DNA of 64,000 nucleotides, taken from NCBI GenBank assembly GCA_963784835.1, contig CAWASM010000005.1:70795-134794 (forward strand). Reading direction: 5' to 3'. The translations under genes were made by a program, and so were the position numbers. Under the pieces are notes generated by a model, which was not told the DNA's origin, ran no database searches, and saw only the letters and a list, made by a program, of their open reading frames with translations. This DNA comes from an uncultured Actinomycetes bacterium. GTDB taxonomy: Bacteria; Actinomycetota; Thermoleophilia; RBG-16-64-13. Numbering within the stretch: the first letter of the stretch is position 1; every line of letters starts with the position of its first letter. This document shows, piece by piece, positions 10,318 to 20,069 of this stretch.

Positions 10318-10884
10318 CTAAGAGCGACCAAGGTGGAAATCGAACCGAGCCGTCGGAAGGCCATCCTCGTCCACGAAGTTCAATAGGTAGTCACGGGGTA
10401 GTGAGCGGACAACCCGGTCTTCGCTCGGGCGCGTGAAGTCGCCGGGCCGCCACGGAACGAGTATCTGCGTGACCACCGCGGAGTGACCCTCGGCCGAAGC
10501 CCGGACATGGATATGCCTGGTGCGTCCGGGATAGGATCCCGGGTAGATACTGGTAAATCGGTAGGAGCCCGTGTCGTCGGTCAATACGAACCCGCGAAGT
10601 CCGAGCCGCCAAAGCCCCACTTGGCTCGCTTCCCCGCTCGTGGACGGGTGGTAGGCGCCGGACGCGTCGGCCTGCCATATCTCCACCGTCGCCCCTTGGA
10701 GAGGTATCTCATCGTTTGGGCCGCTGTAGACGTGGCCCGTGACCGCGATGCGTTCTCCTGGGAGATGGGTGTAGTTCAACTCGCCGTCGACCAGCTCCGG
10801 CGCGCCGCTGATGTACAGAGGGCCCGGACCGGTCGCGATAGTCAGAGCGTCGTCTGTGCCCCAAACTCCATTCGAGTCGTCCAT
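10318..10884 (-). CDS. Intradiol ring-cleavage dioxygenase family protein
   Basis: Motifs EIWQADASGAYH and YPGRTRHIHV are characteristic of the protocatechuate/catechol intradiol dioxygenase core. Confidence 0.8.
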   Translation of the reverse strand: MDDSNGVWGTDDALTIATGPGPLYISGAPELVDGELNYTHLPGERIAVTGHVYSGPNDEIPLQGATVEIWQADASGAYHPSTSGEASQVGLWRLGLRGFVLTDDTGSYRFTSIYPGSYPGRTRHIHVRASAEGHSAVVTQILVPWRPGDFTRPSEDRVVRSLPRDYLLNFVDEDGLPTARFDFHLGRS

Positions 10885-10978
10885 GATGTGCCCGTACCCC
10901 TAGAGGCCTTTCTCCAACCGCACGTCTTCCGGCATCCTCGAGGACGTCAAACCCCGTCGGATCCTTACGTCGCGACAG

Positions 10979-11380
10979 TCACACGGATACCAGACCAATA
11001 ATGTTGTTCTCCGGATCTTTGAACCAGGCTCTCTTGCGGCCGTTGACCTCGGTGATGCCGTCGATGGTCTTGAGCCCGATCTTGGGCAGGTCGTAGTCCT
11101 CGAACGCCACACCTCGGTTCCTGGTCTGTTTGACGAATGCCTCAAACTCGTCCCGAGGGACACGGAACGCCAAAGCGGTGTTCTGGGGCGCGGGTAGCGC
11201 CGGCCTCTCGTAGATGCAGATCATCGTGCCGTGCCCGGAGGAGAAGATCCCCTCCCTGGGGGGACCGACAGCCTCATGCGTGAGGGTCAGTCCAAGTACT
11301 TCCGTGTAGAAGGTCTTGGCTCGCTCGAAATCCTCTGCACGCAACACGCCGCAGGCCATCATGTCTCCGAGTGTGGCCAC
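10979..11380 (-). CDS. VOC (glyoxalase/bleomycin-resistance/dioxygenase) family protein
   Basis: 133-aa ORF with FYTEVLGLTL near the N-terminus and WFKDPENNIIGL near the C-terminus, as is typical of VOC proteins. Confidence 0.8.
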   Translation of the reverse strand: MATLGDMMACGVLRAEDFERAKTFYTEVLGLTLTHEAVGPPREGIFSSGHGTMICIYERPALPAPQNTALAFRVPRDEFEAFVKQTRNRGVAFEDYDLPKIGLKTIDGITEVNGRKRAWFKDPENNIIGLVSV

Positions 11381-11708
11381 TTCTCATCACCTCGCCTCTC
11401 GTCTGTACTCGCGATCTCTTCCTCGCCCAGCACCTCAGGCACTGGAGCGAAAACCCAGCCACGGGTGATCGGCGGTGCAGGTGCTGTCTTTTGTGGATAC
11501 CGTCGGAGAGATTTTGGAAAACCGGCCATAGGTTCACGGCATGAAGGCGACAGCCTCGAAGTACACAGGCCCGCCTTGGGTTGAATACTTACAGCAGTGC
11601 TGAGCATGGGGCCGAGGGCCCGGTATCTTCGCCCGAGTGTCTGACGATCGGCGCTCCCGGGAGCAAGGCCTGCCGAGGAATCGTCGAGGCCACATACAAT
11701 CTGCCTGA

Positions 11709-11780
11709 TGCCCCCGGGAGGACTCGAACCTCCGCACAAGGTTTAGGAAACCTCTGCTCTATCCCCTGAGCTACGGGGGC
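11709..11780 (-). tRNA. tRNA-Arg (anticodon CCU)
   Basis: The reverse complement folds as a cloverleaf. Arms are acceptor GCCCCCG/CGGGGGC, D arm GCTC-AGGGGATA-GAGC, anticodon arm GAGGT-TTCCTAA-ACCTT and T arm GGAGG-TTCGAGT-CCTCC, with discriminator A. CCA is not encoded. Confidence 0.93.
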
Positions 11781-12056
11781 GCATCACCTTCGGGCCTGGG
11801 CTCACTTGGATGGGCTTCCGCTCGGGGCGCCGCGTCCGAAGCGGAGATTCTAGCATCCTCGCCGCTGCCGGTCGCCCGATGGCGCCCGTCGGCGCCCCGC
11901 GGCTCCGACGGGTGTCGGTCGCCGCACGGAGGTCCGGTCAGCCGCCACCCGAAACCTGCGGGCGGCCCGGCCGAGGGCGGTCCCGGGCACCCCGCCCAAG
12001 TCCGGCCCTTGTGTATACTGATTTTCAATCGGATTCACTATGAGAAGCGAGGTCCC

Positions 12057-12656
12057 ATGGAGTTCGCCGAAATCGTCAGGACCAGGCGCTCGGTCCGACA
12101 ATACAGCGACCAAGTCGTCCCAGACGAAACCCTCCAGCAACTCCTGGAGATGATCAGGTTCTCTGTGTCGGCGATCAACCTCCAGCCTTGGAAGATCAAG
12201 ATCGTGGCCGATCGCGAGACCCGGGAGAAGCTGCTGCCCGCCGCCTTTGGCATGCCTTACGTCCGGGATTGCTCACACCTGCTCGTGTTGTGCGCCGACA
12301 CCGACTATCCCGCCATCATCGCCCACAGTGACGAAGCACAGAAGTCCGCCGGCGTTCCCGACGAGATACGCGAGCGCCTATTCGGCATGGCCGCCGGGCT
12401 CACCGACAGCATGACCCCCGAGCAGAGACTCCACTGGTCGCAGAACCAGGTATTCATAGCCCTGGGCAACGCCGTCAACGGGGCCCACGCCCTGGGACTG
12501 GGCGCCTGCCCCATGACCGCCTTCGACCCGGTAGAGTTCGCCCGCATCCTCGAACTGCCGGCCACGGTGGTGCCGACAGCCCTGGTATCCGTGGGATACG
12601 CGGCCGATGAGCCGACACCCAAGCTCCGCTATCCTGTCGAAGAGATAGTCATCTAG
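12057..12656 (+). CDS. Nitroreductase family protein
   Basis: MEFAEIVRTRRSVRQY and INLQPWK are typical nitroreductase motifs. Start chosen at the ATG at 12057, preceded by GAGG. Confidence 0.85.
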   Translation: MEFAEIVRTRRSVRQYSDQVVPDETLQQLLEMIRFSVSAINLQPWKIKIVADRETREKLLPAAFGMPYVRDCSHLLVLCADTDYPAIIAHSDEAQKSAGVPDEIRERLFGMAAGLTDSMTPEQRLHWSQNQVFIALGNAVNGAHALGLGACPMTAFDPVEFARILELPATVVPTALVSVGYAADEPTPKLRYPVEEIVI

Positions 12657-12682
12657 CGGGGTCGCGGCCACAGCACAACACC

Positions 12683-13282
12683 ATGCATGTCATCTTCAAC
12701 AGCATCTATGCCCGCGCCTGCATGGGCGCGGGGCTGGCCGTTCTCACCGGAGTCCGCGCCTTCCTCCCGGTAGCCTTCTTGGCCCTCTACTCGCGCTTGG
12801 AGTTCGCCAGCGCGCCCGTGTTCGATGGAACGGTGCTCGCTTTTCTCGACGAGACATGGGTCATAGCGGTCCTCCTGAGCCTCGCCGTGATCGAGGTCAT
12901 TCTTGACAAGATCTTCGTCGTTTCGATCACGCGCGACCACATCATGCGACCCATCCGCATCGTGCTGGGAGGCATGGTCTTCGCCGCCGCCATGGCCCTC
13001 GAGGGGTGGATCGCCATGACCGTCGCCGGGGTCCTGGGTCTGGTCATCGCCGGTCTGGCCGACCATGTCCGCCGCCAAAGCCGGGCGGGCATGAGCACCA
13101 ACAAGACGGCCCTCGTCCTCATCAGCGTCTACGAGGATGTGGCCGTGCTCATAGGCACCTTGCTCTTCGTTCTGCTGCCTCTTATCGGGGCGCTGGTCGC
13201 CTCTTTCCTCGTGCTGCTCGTCTACCGCGTGCGCCTGAGGAGCAAGCGCAAACACAAGGGCCTGCGCATCCTCAGGGGCTAG
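12683..13282 (+). CDS. DUF4126-type integral membrane protein
   Basis: 199-aa hydrophobic ORF with GVRAFLPVAFLAL and VIEVILDKI patterns resembling DUF4126. Confidence 0.7.
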   Translation: MHVIFNSIYARACMGAGLAVLTGVRAFLPVAFLALYSRLEFASAPVFDGTVLAFLDETWVIAVLLSLAVIEVILDKIFVVSITRDHIMRPIRIVLGGMVFAAAMALEGWIAMTVAGVLGLVIAGLADHVRRQSRAGMSTNKTALVLISVYEDVAVLIGTLLFVLLPLIGALVASFLVLLVYRVRLRSKRKHKGLRILRG

Positions 13283-13298
13283 GTCGACCAGGCCGGCG

Positions 13299-13973
13299 AT
13301 GAGAGCAGAACCGGACGAGGTCGAATACTCCCGCCTCCGGCACCGCATGGTGGAAGACCAGCTGCGCAGGCGGGGCATAGTCGACGAGCGGGTCCTCGTA
13401 GCCATGGAGAAGATCCCCCGCCATCTCTTCGTGCCCGAGGCGGGGCGTCTCGCGGCCTACGACGACGGACCGCTCCCGATCGCCATGGGCCAGACGATCT
13501 CCCAGCCATACATGGTGGCCTTGATGACTGAGCTGCTCCGCCTCACAGCAGATTCGCAGGTGCTCGAGATCGGCACGGGTTCCGGCTACCAGACTGCCGT
13601 GCTTGCTGAGTTGGCCGGAAGTGTGATCAGCATCGAGCGTCTGCCCGAACTGGCCGCGCAGGCCGAGGACCTCGTCCGCCGCCTTGGCTATGCCAACGTC
13701 AGGTTCATCACCGGCGACGGCACCCTCGGCTTCCCTGAGAGCGCTCCCTTCCAAGCCATCCTGGTCACCGCCGGCGCGCCGCGCATGCCTCAGGAGCTGC
13801 GCGCCCAGTTGGCCATTGGTGGTCGGATGGTAATACCAGTGACGGCCGGCGATTCCGAGGACCTACTGCTCGTCGAGAGACTGCCCGCCGGCCCATCTGG
13901 AAGCTTCCGAGAGTCCAGTGTGCTTAGATGCACTTTCGTGCCCCTCATAGGTGAGCAGGGTTACGCGCAATGA
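13299..13973 (+). CDS. pcm: Protein-L-isoaspartate O-methyltransferase
   Basis: Motifs PRHLFVPE, GQTISQPYMVALM and VLEIGTGSGYQTAVLA are present. Confidence 0.9.
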   Translation: MRAEPDEVEYSRLRHRMVEDQLRRRGIVDERVLVAMEKIPRHLFVPEAGRLAAYDDGPLPIAMGQTISQPYMVALMTELLRLTADSQVLEIGTGSGYQTAVLAELAGSVISIERLPELAAQAEDLVRRLGYANVRFITGDGTLGFPESAPFQAILVTAGAPRMPQELRAQLAIGGRMVIPVTAGDSEDLLLVERLPAGPSGSFRESSVLRCTFVPLIGEQGYAQ

Positions 13974-13983
13974 CCGAGCAGCC

Positions 13984-15249
13984 CTAGAAGCCGGGCGGAC
14001 GCTCCTCGAGAACCACGCTGATGACCATCGTCGTGCCATTGCGGTCGAGTTCCACCTGCACCGTCTCCCCGGGCCTTCTGTCGCGGATGGCGACGAGCAC
14101 GTCGGCGGATTCCACCATTGCTTCGCCGTCGAGACTGACGATGATGTCACCCTGGAGGATGCCGGCCTTCGCCGCCGGCCCTCCGGCCGTCACTTCTGCT
14201 ACCAGGATCCCCGTAGAACGAGAGAGGTCGAACTGCTTCTGCAGGTCTGGAGTGACCGTCCGGGTGCTCACTCCCATGAATGCGTGCGTCGCCTTGCCGG
14301 TGCTGATGATCTGGTCGGCGATCTGGGCCACCACCACGGACGGGATGGCGAACCCGATGCTCACCGCGCCGCTCGCGGGCGATTCGTAGGCCACGTTGAT
14401 CCCGATCACCTGGCCGCCGGCGTTCGCCAGTGCGCCCCCCGAGTTGCCCGGGCTGATAGGGGCATCGGTCTGGATAAGGTTGTTGAGAGCCACTCCGTCG
14501 GTTCCCTGAGCCTCTTCGATGTTACGCCCCACCCCCGACACGATCCCTAGGCTCACGGAGTTCTGATATCCCAGGGGACTTCCGATGGCGATGGCGTACT
14601 CACCCACATCCGGTGTTGCGGTGACAAAGATCGCAGCCGGGAGCCCGATGCCCGCGTCCACCTTGACCACGGCCAAGTCGGTCATCGGATCGGTCCCCAC
14701 GATGGTCGCCGGAAGTCTCTCGCCCGTGGCCAGAGTCACTTCCAGATTGTCGGACAGATCGCCATTGTCGTCCGTGACCACGTGGTTATTGGTGATGATC
14801 ATTCCGTCGGTCGAGTAGATCACTCCGGAGCCCTCGTATGCATAGTCGTACTGCCGGCCGGAACCACCCGGCCCACTCTCGGTGCCACTGGACGCGATAT
14901 TGACCACGCTGGGTCCCAAGACGCTCGCGACTAACTTGGCCGGACTGGCCAGGCCGTCGCCGCGGGGCACCATGCTCACCGAGGGGGGGGTCGTGCTGGT
15001 GGAAGCCGTGGAGTCGTCCGACCCCGTGCCTACCGTCGAGGTGACGGTCGTCCCCGACTTCCCTCCCCATTCATTGCTACAGCCCACCGCGACAAGGCCG
15101 GTGGTCATCAGCAAGGCAACGACTGCGAAACCCACGACAAGGGCCCGCCACATCCGTCGTGCGCGCGCATCGCGGTGACGGTGAGCTCCTCCGCACACAT
15201 ATGCCATGTCCGCTTCCTTCCCCAAGAAGACCTTCGTCTGTGCCTGCAT
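13984..15249 (-). CDS. HtrA/DegP-family trypsin-like serine protease with PDZ domain, membrane anchored
   Basis: Motifs TNNHVV (His), catalytic GNSGGAL and a C-terminal PDZ (GDIIVSLDGE) are present, with an N-terminal TM segment. The start is uncertain (15249, 15207 or 15153). Confidence 0.88.
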   Translation of the reverse strand: MQAQTKVFLGKEADMAYVCGGAHRHRDARARRMWRALVVGFAVVALLMTTGLVAVGCSNEWGGKSGTTVTSTVGTGSDDSTASTSTTPPSVSMVPRGDGLASPAKLVASVLGPSVVNIASSGTESGPGGSGRQYDYAYEGSGVIYSTDGMIITNNHVVTDDNGDLSDNLEVTLATGERLPATIVGTDPMTDLAVVKVDAGIGLPAAIFVTATPDVGEYAIAIGSPLGYQNSVSLGIVSGVGRNIEEAQGTDGVALNNLIQTDAPISPGNSGGALANAGGQVIGINVAYESPASGAVSIGFAIPSVVVAQIADQIISTGKATHAFMGVSTRTVTPDLQKQFDLSRSTGILVAEVTAGGPAAKAGILQGDIIVSLDGEAMVESADVLVAIRDRRPGETVQVELDRNGTTMVISVVLEERPPGF

Positions 15250-15318
15250 TGTACCCGGACGACCGCCAGAGCGAACTACCCGCCCATCCAGGGTTTACAG
15301 CAACCTTACCGAAGCGCG

Positions 15319-15332
15319 TGTAGACTGAGGAC
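15319..15332 (+). promoter_or_regulatory. Putative -10 element (TGTAGACT) positioned for a leaderless transcript of the response-regulator gene
   Basis: TAGACT at 15321-15326 is preceded by TG. Only 6 nt separate the hexamer from the ATG at 15333, and no Shine-Dalgarno is possible. Confidence 0.35.
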
Positions 15333-15986
15333 ATGCGAGTCCTCCTGGTCGAAGACGAAGAGCGCCTGGCTGAGACCATCGCGCGTGGACTGCGGCGCGA
15401 GGGAATGGCTGTGGACGTTGTCTTGGACGGGCGGTCGGCCCTGACGAAGACCACCGTCAACAGCTACGACGTGGTGGTACTCGACCGCAACCTCCCCGAA
15501 GTCCACGGCGACGACGTCTGCAGAGAACTGGTAGCCAGGCAGTCGCTGAGCCGGATCCTGATGCTCACCGCGGCTGGGTCCATCCACGACCGAGTCTGCG
15601 GACTTGACCTCGGCGCCGATGACTATCTACCCAAGCCCTTTGCCCTCAAGGAGCTCGTCGCCCGCATCCGGGCTCTTGGCCGCCGGGCGGCCCCGCCGGT
15701 GCCCCCGGTGCTCTCCGTCGGGGACCTCTCGCTCGATCCCGCCCGCCATCTAGCCGAGCGTGCAGGTCGAGACCTTTGCCTCACGAAGAAGGAGTTCGGA
15801 GTGCTCGAGGCTCTCCTGTCGGCCGAGGGTCGAGTAGCCAGCGCGGAAGAGTTGTTGGAGAAGGTCTGGGACGAGAACGCCGACCCCTTCACCAACGTGG
15901 TCAGAGTCACGATAATGACGCTCCGGCGCAAAATAGGGGACCCGCCACTCATCGAGACCGTCCCGGGCGTGGGGTACAAGATATGA
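15333..15986 (+). CDS. OmpR-family response regulator
   Basis: Receiver domain (MRVLLVEDE, DVVVLDRNLP) plus a winged-helix output domain (LTKKEFGVLEAL, GVGYKI). Confidence 0.92.
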   Translation: MRVLLVEDEERLAETIARGLRREGMAVDVVLDGRSALTKTTVNSYDVVVLDRNLPEVHGDDVCRELVARQSLSRILMLTAAGSIHDRVCGLDLGADDYLPKPFALKELVARIRALGRRAAPPVPPVLSVGDLSLDPARHLAERAGRDLCLTKKEFGVLEALLSAEGRVASAEELLEKVWDENADPFTNVVRVTIMTLRRKIGDPPLIETVPGVGYKI

Positions 15987-17239
15987 AGAGACGAGGGCTG
16001 ACCATCCGGCTGAAGCTCACGCTGTGGTACGGCACGCTCTTCCTGCTGGCCGGAGTCCTGCTGATCGCCGTCAACTACTACATGGTGCGCGATAGCCTAG
16101 CGGTCGCCCCTGAGAAGGCCCGAGCGGCGGTGGCCGAGCGCTTCGGCTTGGACCCTGCCGCCCTGGAACCAAACCCCGACTTCCATATGCCGGGCTTTGG
16201 CGGCGAACCATGGATAGTGCACGGGAACACGGCCGTCCCGGCGTCGCAACTCATCCGCGAGGCCCAACGCGAGTTGAAGGACGAGGCCCTGCGCCAATTG
16301 TGGACCAGATCGCTGTTGGCTTTGGCTATCATGACGGTGATCACCTTCGGCTCGGCCTGGCTACTGGCCGGCCGTATGCTGCGACCTCTGCACGCGATCA
16401 CCGCGACCGCCCGCCGGCTCTCCGAGTCCACCCTGCACGAACGCATCGCCCTCACCGGACCGCGTGACGAGTTGAAAGAGTTGGCCGATACCTTCGACGG
16501 CATGCTCGGCCGGCTCGACAAGGCCTTCAGCGCACAGAGGGAGTTCGTCGCCAACGCCTCCCACGAGCTCCGCACCCCTCTCACCATCATCCGCACCGAG
16601 ATCGACGTGGCCTTGGGCGACCCTGAGATCTCGGCGGACGAGTTGCGGGAGATGGGTGCGGCAGTGACCGACGCCGTACAGCGGAGTGAGAACCTCATCG
16701 ACGGCCTGCTGGTCCTTGCCACCGCTGAGAGCACTCCCACCATGACCGACCTCGATCTGGCCGACATCGCCGGCGATGAAGTTGCCCTTGCCTCTGACGA
16801 GGCCGACGTCCTGAGGCTCCGGCTGGAGATCGATCTTCAGCCTGCCCCGGTGCAGGGCGAACGCTCCCTTCTGGGCCGGATGGTAGCCAACCTTCTCCAG
16901 AACGCCATCAGACACAACGCTGTCGACGGCTGGTTCTCAGTCAAGACTTGGGTCGCCGGAAGCACAGCCGTGCTGGAGGTGGCCAACGGCGGGGCGGTGG
17001 TCGCTCCCACTGAGGTCCACCGGCTGTTCGATCGCTTCTACCGCCCAGACAAGTCGCGAAGCCGCAAGACCGGCGGCTTCGGTCTGGGTCTCTCCATCGT
17101 GAGGTCGGTCGCGACCGCTCACGGTGGCTCGGTCGAGCTCACAGCCCCCGAGTCGGGCGGGCTCTGTGTCACGGTCACTATCCCCGCCCGCTTGGCCGAA
17201 GCGCCCCCCAGCGTCTCTAAGCCATCGACAGCACGATAG
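15983..17239 (+). CDS. Sensor histidine kinase (TM-HAMP-HisKA-HATPase)
   Basis: ATGA overlap with the regulator stop. H-box FVANASHELRTPLT, N-box LLQNAIRHN and G-box GGFGLGLSIV are present. Confidence 0.9.
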   Translation: MKRRGLTIRLKLTLWYGTLFLLAGVLLIAVNYYMVRDSLAVAPEKARAAVAERFGLDPAALEPNPDFHMPGFGGEPWIVHGNTAVPASQLIREAQRELKDEALRQLWTRSLLALAIMTVITFGSAWLLAGRMLRPLHAITATARRLSESTLHERIALTGPRDELKELADTFDGMLGRLDKAFSAQREFVANASHELRTPLTIIRTEIDVALGDPEISADELREMGAAVTDAVQRSENLIDGLLVLATAESTPTMTDLDLADIAGDEVALASDEADVLRLRLEIDLQPAPVQGERSLLGRMVANLLQNAIRHNAVDGWFSVKTWVAGSTAVLEVANGGAVVAPTEVHRLFDRFYRPDKSRSRKTGGFGLGLSIVRSVATAHGGSVELTAPESGGLCVTVTIPARLAEAPPSVSKPSTAR

Positions 17240-18066
17240 TCAGGATGCCCAGCGCGGCGGCGTAGATGCCGAAGGCGCGCAAACGGTGCTCCTTGATCCA
17301 GCGCATAAGAAAGTAGATGGCCAGGAAGCCGGTGATGGCCGCCGCGATCACACCCACGACATAGGCCGTCCTACTGGCGCCGGCAAACCCGCCGCTGATG
17401 TCCCCCACGTTCGCGAGGAAGGCGCCAAAGATGGTGGGGATGCTGAGCAGAAACGAAAAGCGCGCCGCAGTCGGCCGGTCGAATCCCAAGAACATCCCGG
17501 CGGCCATGGTGGAGCCCGAGCGGCTGAGTCCGGGGGCGATGGCCAGGGCCTGGAAGCATCCGATCAGGATCGCGTCGCCCGCCCGCATCCTGTCGAGCGG
17601 CACCGGCTGGCGCTTCATTCGCGCCGTGACGAGAATCCGCACCCCAGAGCAGCAGACTGGTCACCAAGAGAAACACCCCCACAGCCAGGGTGCTCGAGAA
17701 CAGGTCTTCGAAGTAGCTGCCGAAGGCGAAGCCGGCTATCGCGGCAGGGATCGATCCGACCACCAGCCACACGAAGAGGCGCCGCCAGAATCGGACCGCC
17801 TGCTTGCTCATGCGGCCGGGAGCGACCAGTGCGACCACGATCTTGCCCACGTCTCTGCTGAAGTAGCCGAGCACCGCCACGAGAGTGGCTACATGCACGA
17901 GGATGTCGAATCCCAGCGTCGGGGGCGTCATGTTGAAGAGCTCGGGCACCAACACCAGATGAGCGGAGCTGGAAACAGGGAGGAACTCGGTCAGCCCCTG
18001 CGTTATTCCCAGGATCAAAGCATCAAGGACGGTCAAAGTCTGGCCCGTTCCTTTCCCTAGCCGCAC
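17217..18066 (-). CDS. uppP: Undecaprenyl-diphosphate phosphatase; one frame break near 17640
   Basis: GITQGLTEFLPVSSSAHL is in ORF 17371-18066 and PGLSRSGSTMAAG is in ORF 17217-17642. Together they give a normal-length BacA/UppP. Confidence 0.85.
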
Positions 18067-18088
18067 ACTTCGCCCGGCAGAATATCAT

Positions 18089-18769
18089 CTAGAAGGGTAG
18101 CGACCCCCAGCGGGCAAGCGCACTCCGGCCACCACGAACGGCCCCCACGGCGACCGCGGCCTTCAGGAGATCGCCCAGCAGAAACGGCACGAGACCCACA
18201 GCGGAGGCTTGACGAATACCAAGCCCACCGACGAGCGCGAGCCAAGGCACACCCAGGCAGTAGATGAGTACCTCGGCCGCCAGGGCGCCGGCCGCAAGGA
18301 CCACGAACTGCCCAAGCGGGCGGACCTGCCGCGCCCCTCTCAACGCCCAGTCAGCTGCCAGACCCATGAGCAAGACCGCGGGCAAGAAGCCCACCAGGTA
18401 GCCGCCGGTCGGTCCGGCCAGCACGGCCGGCCCGCCCAGGCCGCCGTGGAACACCGGCGCCCCCGCCAGACCCAAGGCCAGATAGCCCGCCACAGTGGCC
18501 AGGCCTCGCCTGGGGCCCAAGAGACCGCCCACCAGCAGGACGGATAGAGTCTGCATGGTCAGAGGCACAGGATAGAAGGGCACGGACACCCACGCGCTCG
18601 CCGCCAACACCCCTATGCCGGCCACCACCAAGAGCGCGCTCATGATCAAGTTTTGGCCGGCAGCGCGCCCATGCCCAGGCGCGTCGAGGACCAGTGCTCC
18701 CGAGCGCTCCACCGTCGTAGTCTGCCGATCCCGCTTCATGCCGCCTCTCCTCCCGTCGCCTACCGGCAC
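18089..18769 (-). CDS. bioY: Biotin transporter BioY
   Basis: PVPLTMQTLSVLLVGGLLGPRRG and GPTGGYLVGF are BioY signatures. The start may be the internal MKRDRQ. Confidence 0.85.
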   Translation of the reverse strand: MPVGDGRRGGMKRDRQTTTVERSGALVLDAPGHGRAAGQNLIMSALLVVAGIGVLAASAWVSVPFYPVPLTMQTLSVLLVGGLLGPRRGLATVAGYLALGLAGAPVFHGGLGGPAVLAGPTGGYLVGFLPAVLLMGLAADWALRGARQVRPLGQFVVLAAGALAAEVLIYCLGVPWLALVGGLGIRQASAVGLVPFLLGDLLKAAVAVGAVRGGRSALARWGSLPF

Positions 18770-18814
18770 CTGTGAGCCGGCCGCCCGCAGTCTACCCGGG
18801 CCCGGCCGGACCTG

Positions 18815-19975
18815 TCAACCGCTTTCCGCTGTCCGGTTTACCGGCCCCCGCACTGTCACCTCTCCTGCGAAGACGGGCACCGTCCTCCCGCCTGGATCAA
18901 GCACCAGCAATTGCCCCTCGGGCCCGATCCCGGCGGCCTCGCCCGCAACCCCCGGCTCGTTTCCGGGTGGTCCCGCGAAGAGCGCTATCCGCCGGCCGAT
19001 CAGGGCGTCTCGCCCGCGAAGGTCGGCCAACGTGACCGGAGAACCTGCTTCGGTCCAGCGCCGGGTCAGATGGCACAGCAGCCCTGCCAGCAGAGGGGCC
19101 CGCGGCACTTGGTAGCCTAGGTGCTCACTTAGAGAGAGCGGCTGCGGCCTGCCATGCCAGTCCTGTCTTTGCTCCGGCGCCAGCCCGCGGATCATGACCT
19201 CCGGGGCGCTGTTGACGTTGAGACCGATGCCGGCGATCGCCCAGAGAACCCGGTCGGAATCCAGAGAACCTTCGAGAAGGACGCCGCATACCTTCTTCCC
19301 GTCCAGCAGCACGTCGTTGGGCCACTTCACCTGTACGAGCCCTTCCCTGCTTTCGGCCTCCAGCAGTTCATCGATGGTGTCGGCCACTGCCAGAGCCGCC
19401 GCCAAGGAGAGCAGGTGCACCTGCGCAGGCGCGAGCGACGGCGTCACCAAGACCGAGAAGGTCAGATCCTTGCCCGCCTCGCTCACCCACGCGCGGCCCA
19501 GTCTGCCGCGCCCCCCGGTCTGCTCGTCGGCTACCAGCACAGTCCCCGAAGGAGACGAGGCCGCCTCTTGCTTCAAGACTAGATTGGTCGACAGACAGCG
19601 TTTTTGATAGTGGTAGGGAAGACCCGCCACCCAGGTCCATTCAGGTTGTATGCGCTCGAGAAGATAGGGCAGCACAGCCTCGGGCGCGACTAGATCGGTG
19701 AACGGGCGCGTCAACCTATAGCCGGCGCCGGCGGCGGATTCCACTGCAAACCCCCCCGCGCGCAGATGCTCCACATGTTTGTGCACGGCGGCCCGAGACA
19801 GTCCAAGGGCCTTGCCCAGCGACTCCCCGGAGACCGGGGCTTCGAAAGCCTCCGCACCCTCGTGGGCCAGCGTGGGCAACAACCGCTCCAGCAAGGCCAA
19901 ACGCCGGGTCTCGCCAGGTCCCAGAGACCAGGGGAAGCCGGCCGCACCCGGCCGCTCGGGCAGACTGAAGCGCAC
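18815..19975 (-). CDS. birA: Bifunctional biotin-protein ligase / transcriptional repressor BirA
   Basis: An N-terminal HTH (GESLGKALGLSRAAVHKHVEHLR) plus the ligase motif GRGRLGRAW. It sits directly upstream of bioY. Confidence 0.88.
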   Translation of the reverse strand: MRFSLPERPGAAGFPWSLGPGETRRLALLERLLPTLAHEGAEAFEAPVSGESLGKALGLSRAAVHKHVEHLRAGGFAVESAAGAGYRLTRPFTDLVAPEAVLPYLLERIQPEWTWVAGLPYHYQKRCLSTNLVLKQEAASSPSGTVLVADEQTGGRGRLGRAWVSEAGKDLTFSVLVTPSLAPAQVHLLSLAAALAVADTIDELLEAESREGLVQVKWPNDVLLDGKKVCGVLLEGSLDSDRVLWAIAGIGLNVNSAPEVMIRGLAPEQRQDWHGRPQPLSLSEHLGYQVPRAPLLAGLLCHLTRRWTEAGSPVTLADLRGRDALIGRRIALFAGPPGNEPGVAGEAAGIGPEGQLLVLDPGGRTVPVFAGEVTVRGPVNRTAESG

Positions 19976-20069
19976 CGCCGGCTTACCGCGCCCGCCGCCG
20001 CGGGAACCCTACCTGCTGGTCACTGCATCTGTTATCTTGTAGCATCCTTGATCCAGGAGTAGATCATTC

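Noticed and set aside
11381-11708. 330-nt gap next to tRNA-Arg as an ncRNA (SRP, 6S, tmRNA, RNase P) or integrase remnant
   Set aside because: None of the conserved cores of those RNAs is visible. The ORFs in the gap are short Arg/Pro-rich shadows. It is left unannotated.
19976-20069. BirA operator upstream of birA-bioY
   Set aside because: No convincing inverted repeat was found. TTGTAGC...TTGACAA pieces do not form a dyad, so a site cannot be supported without a matrix scan.
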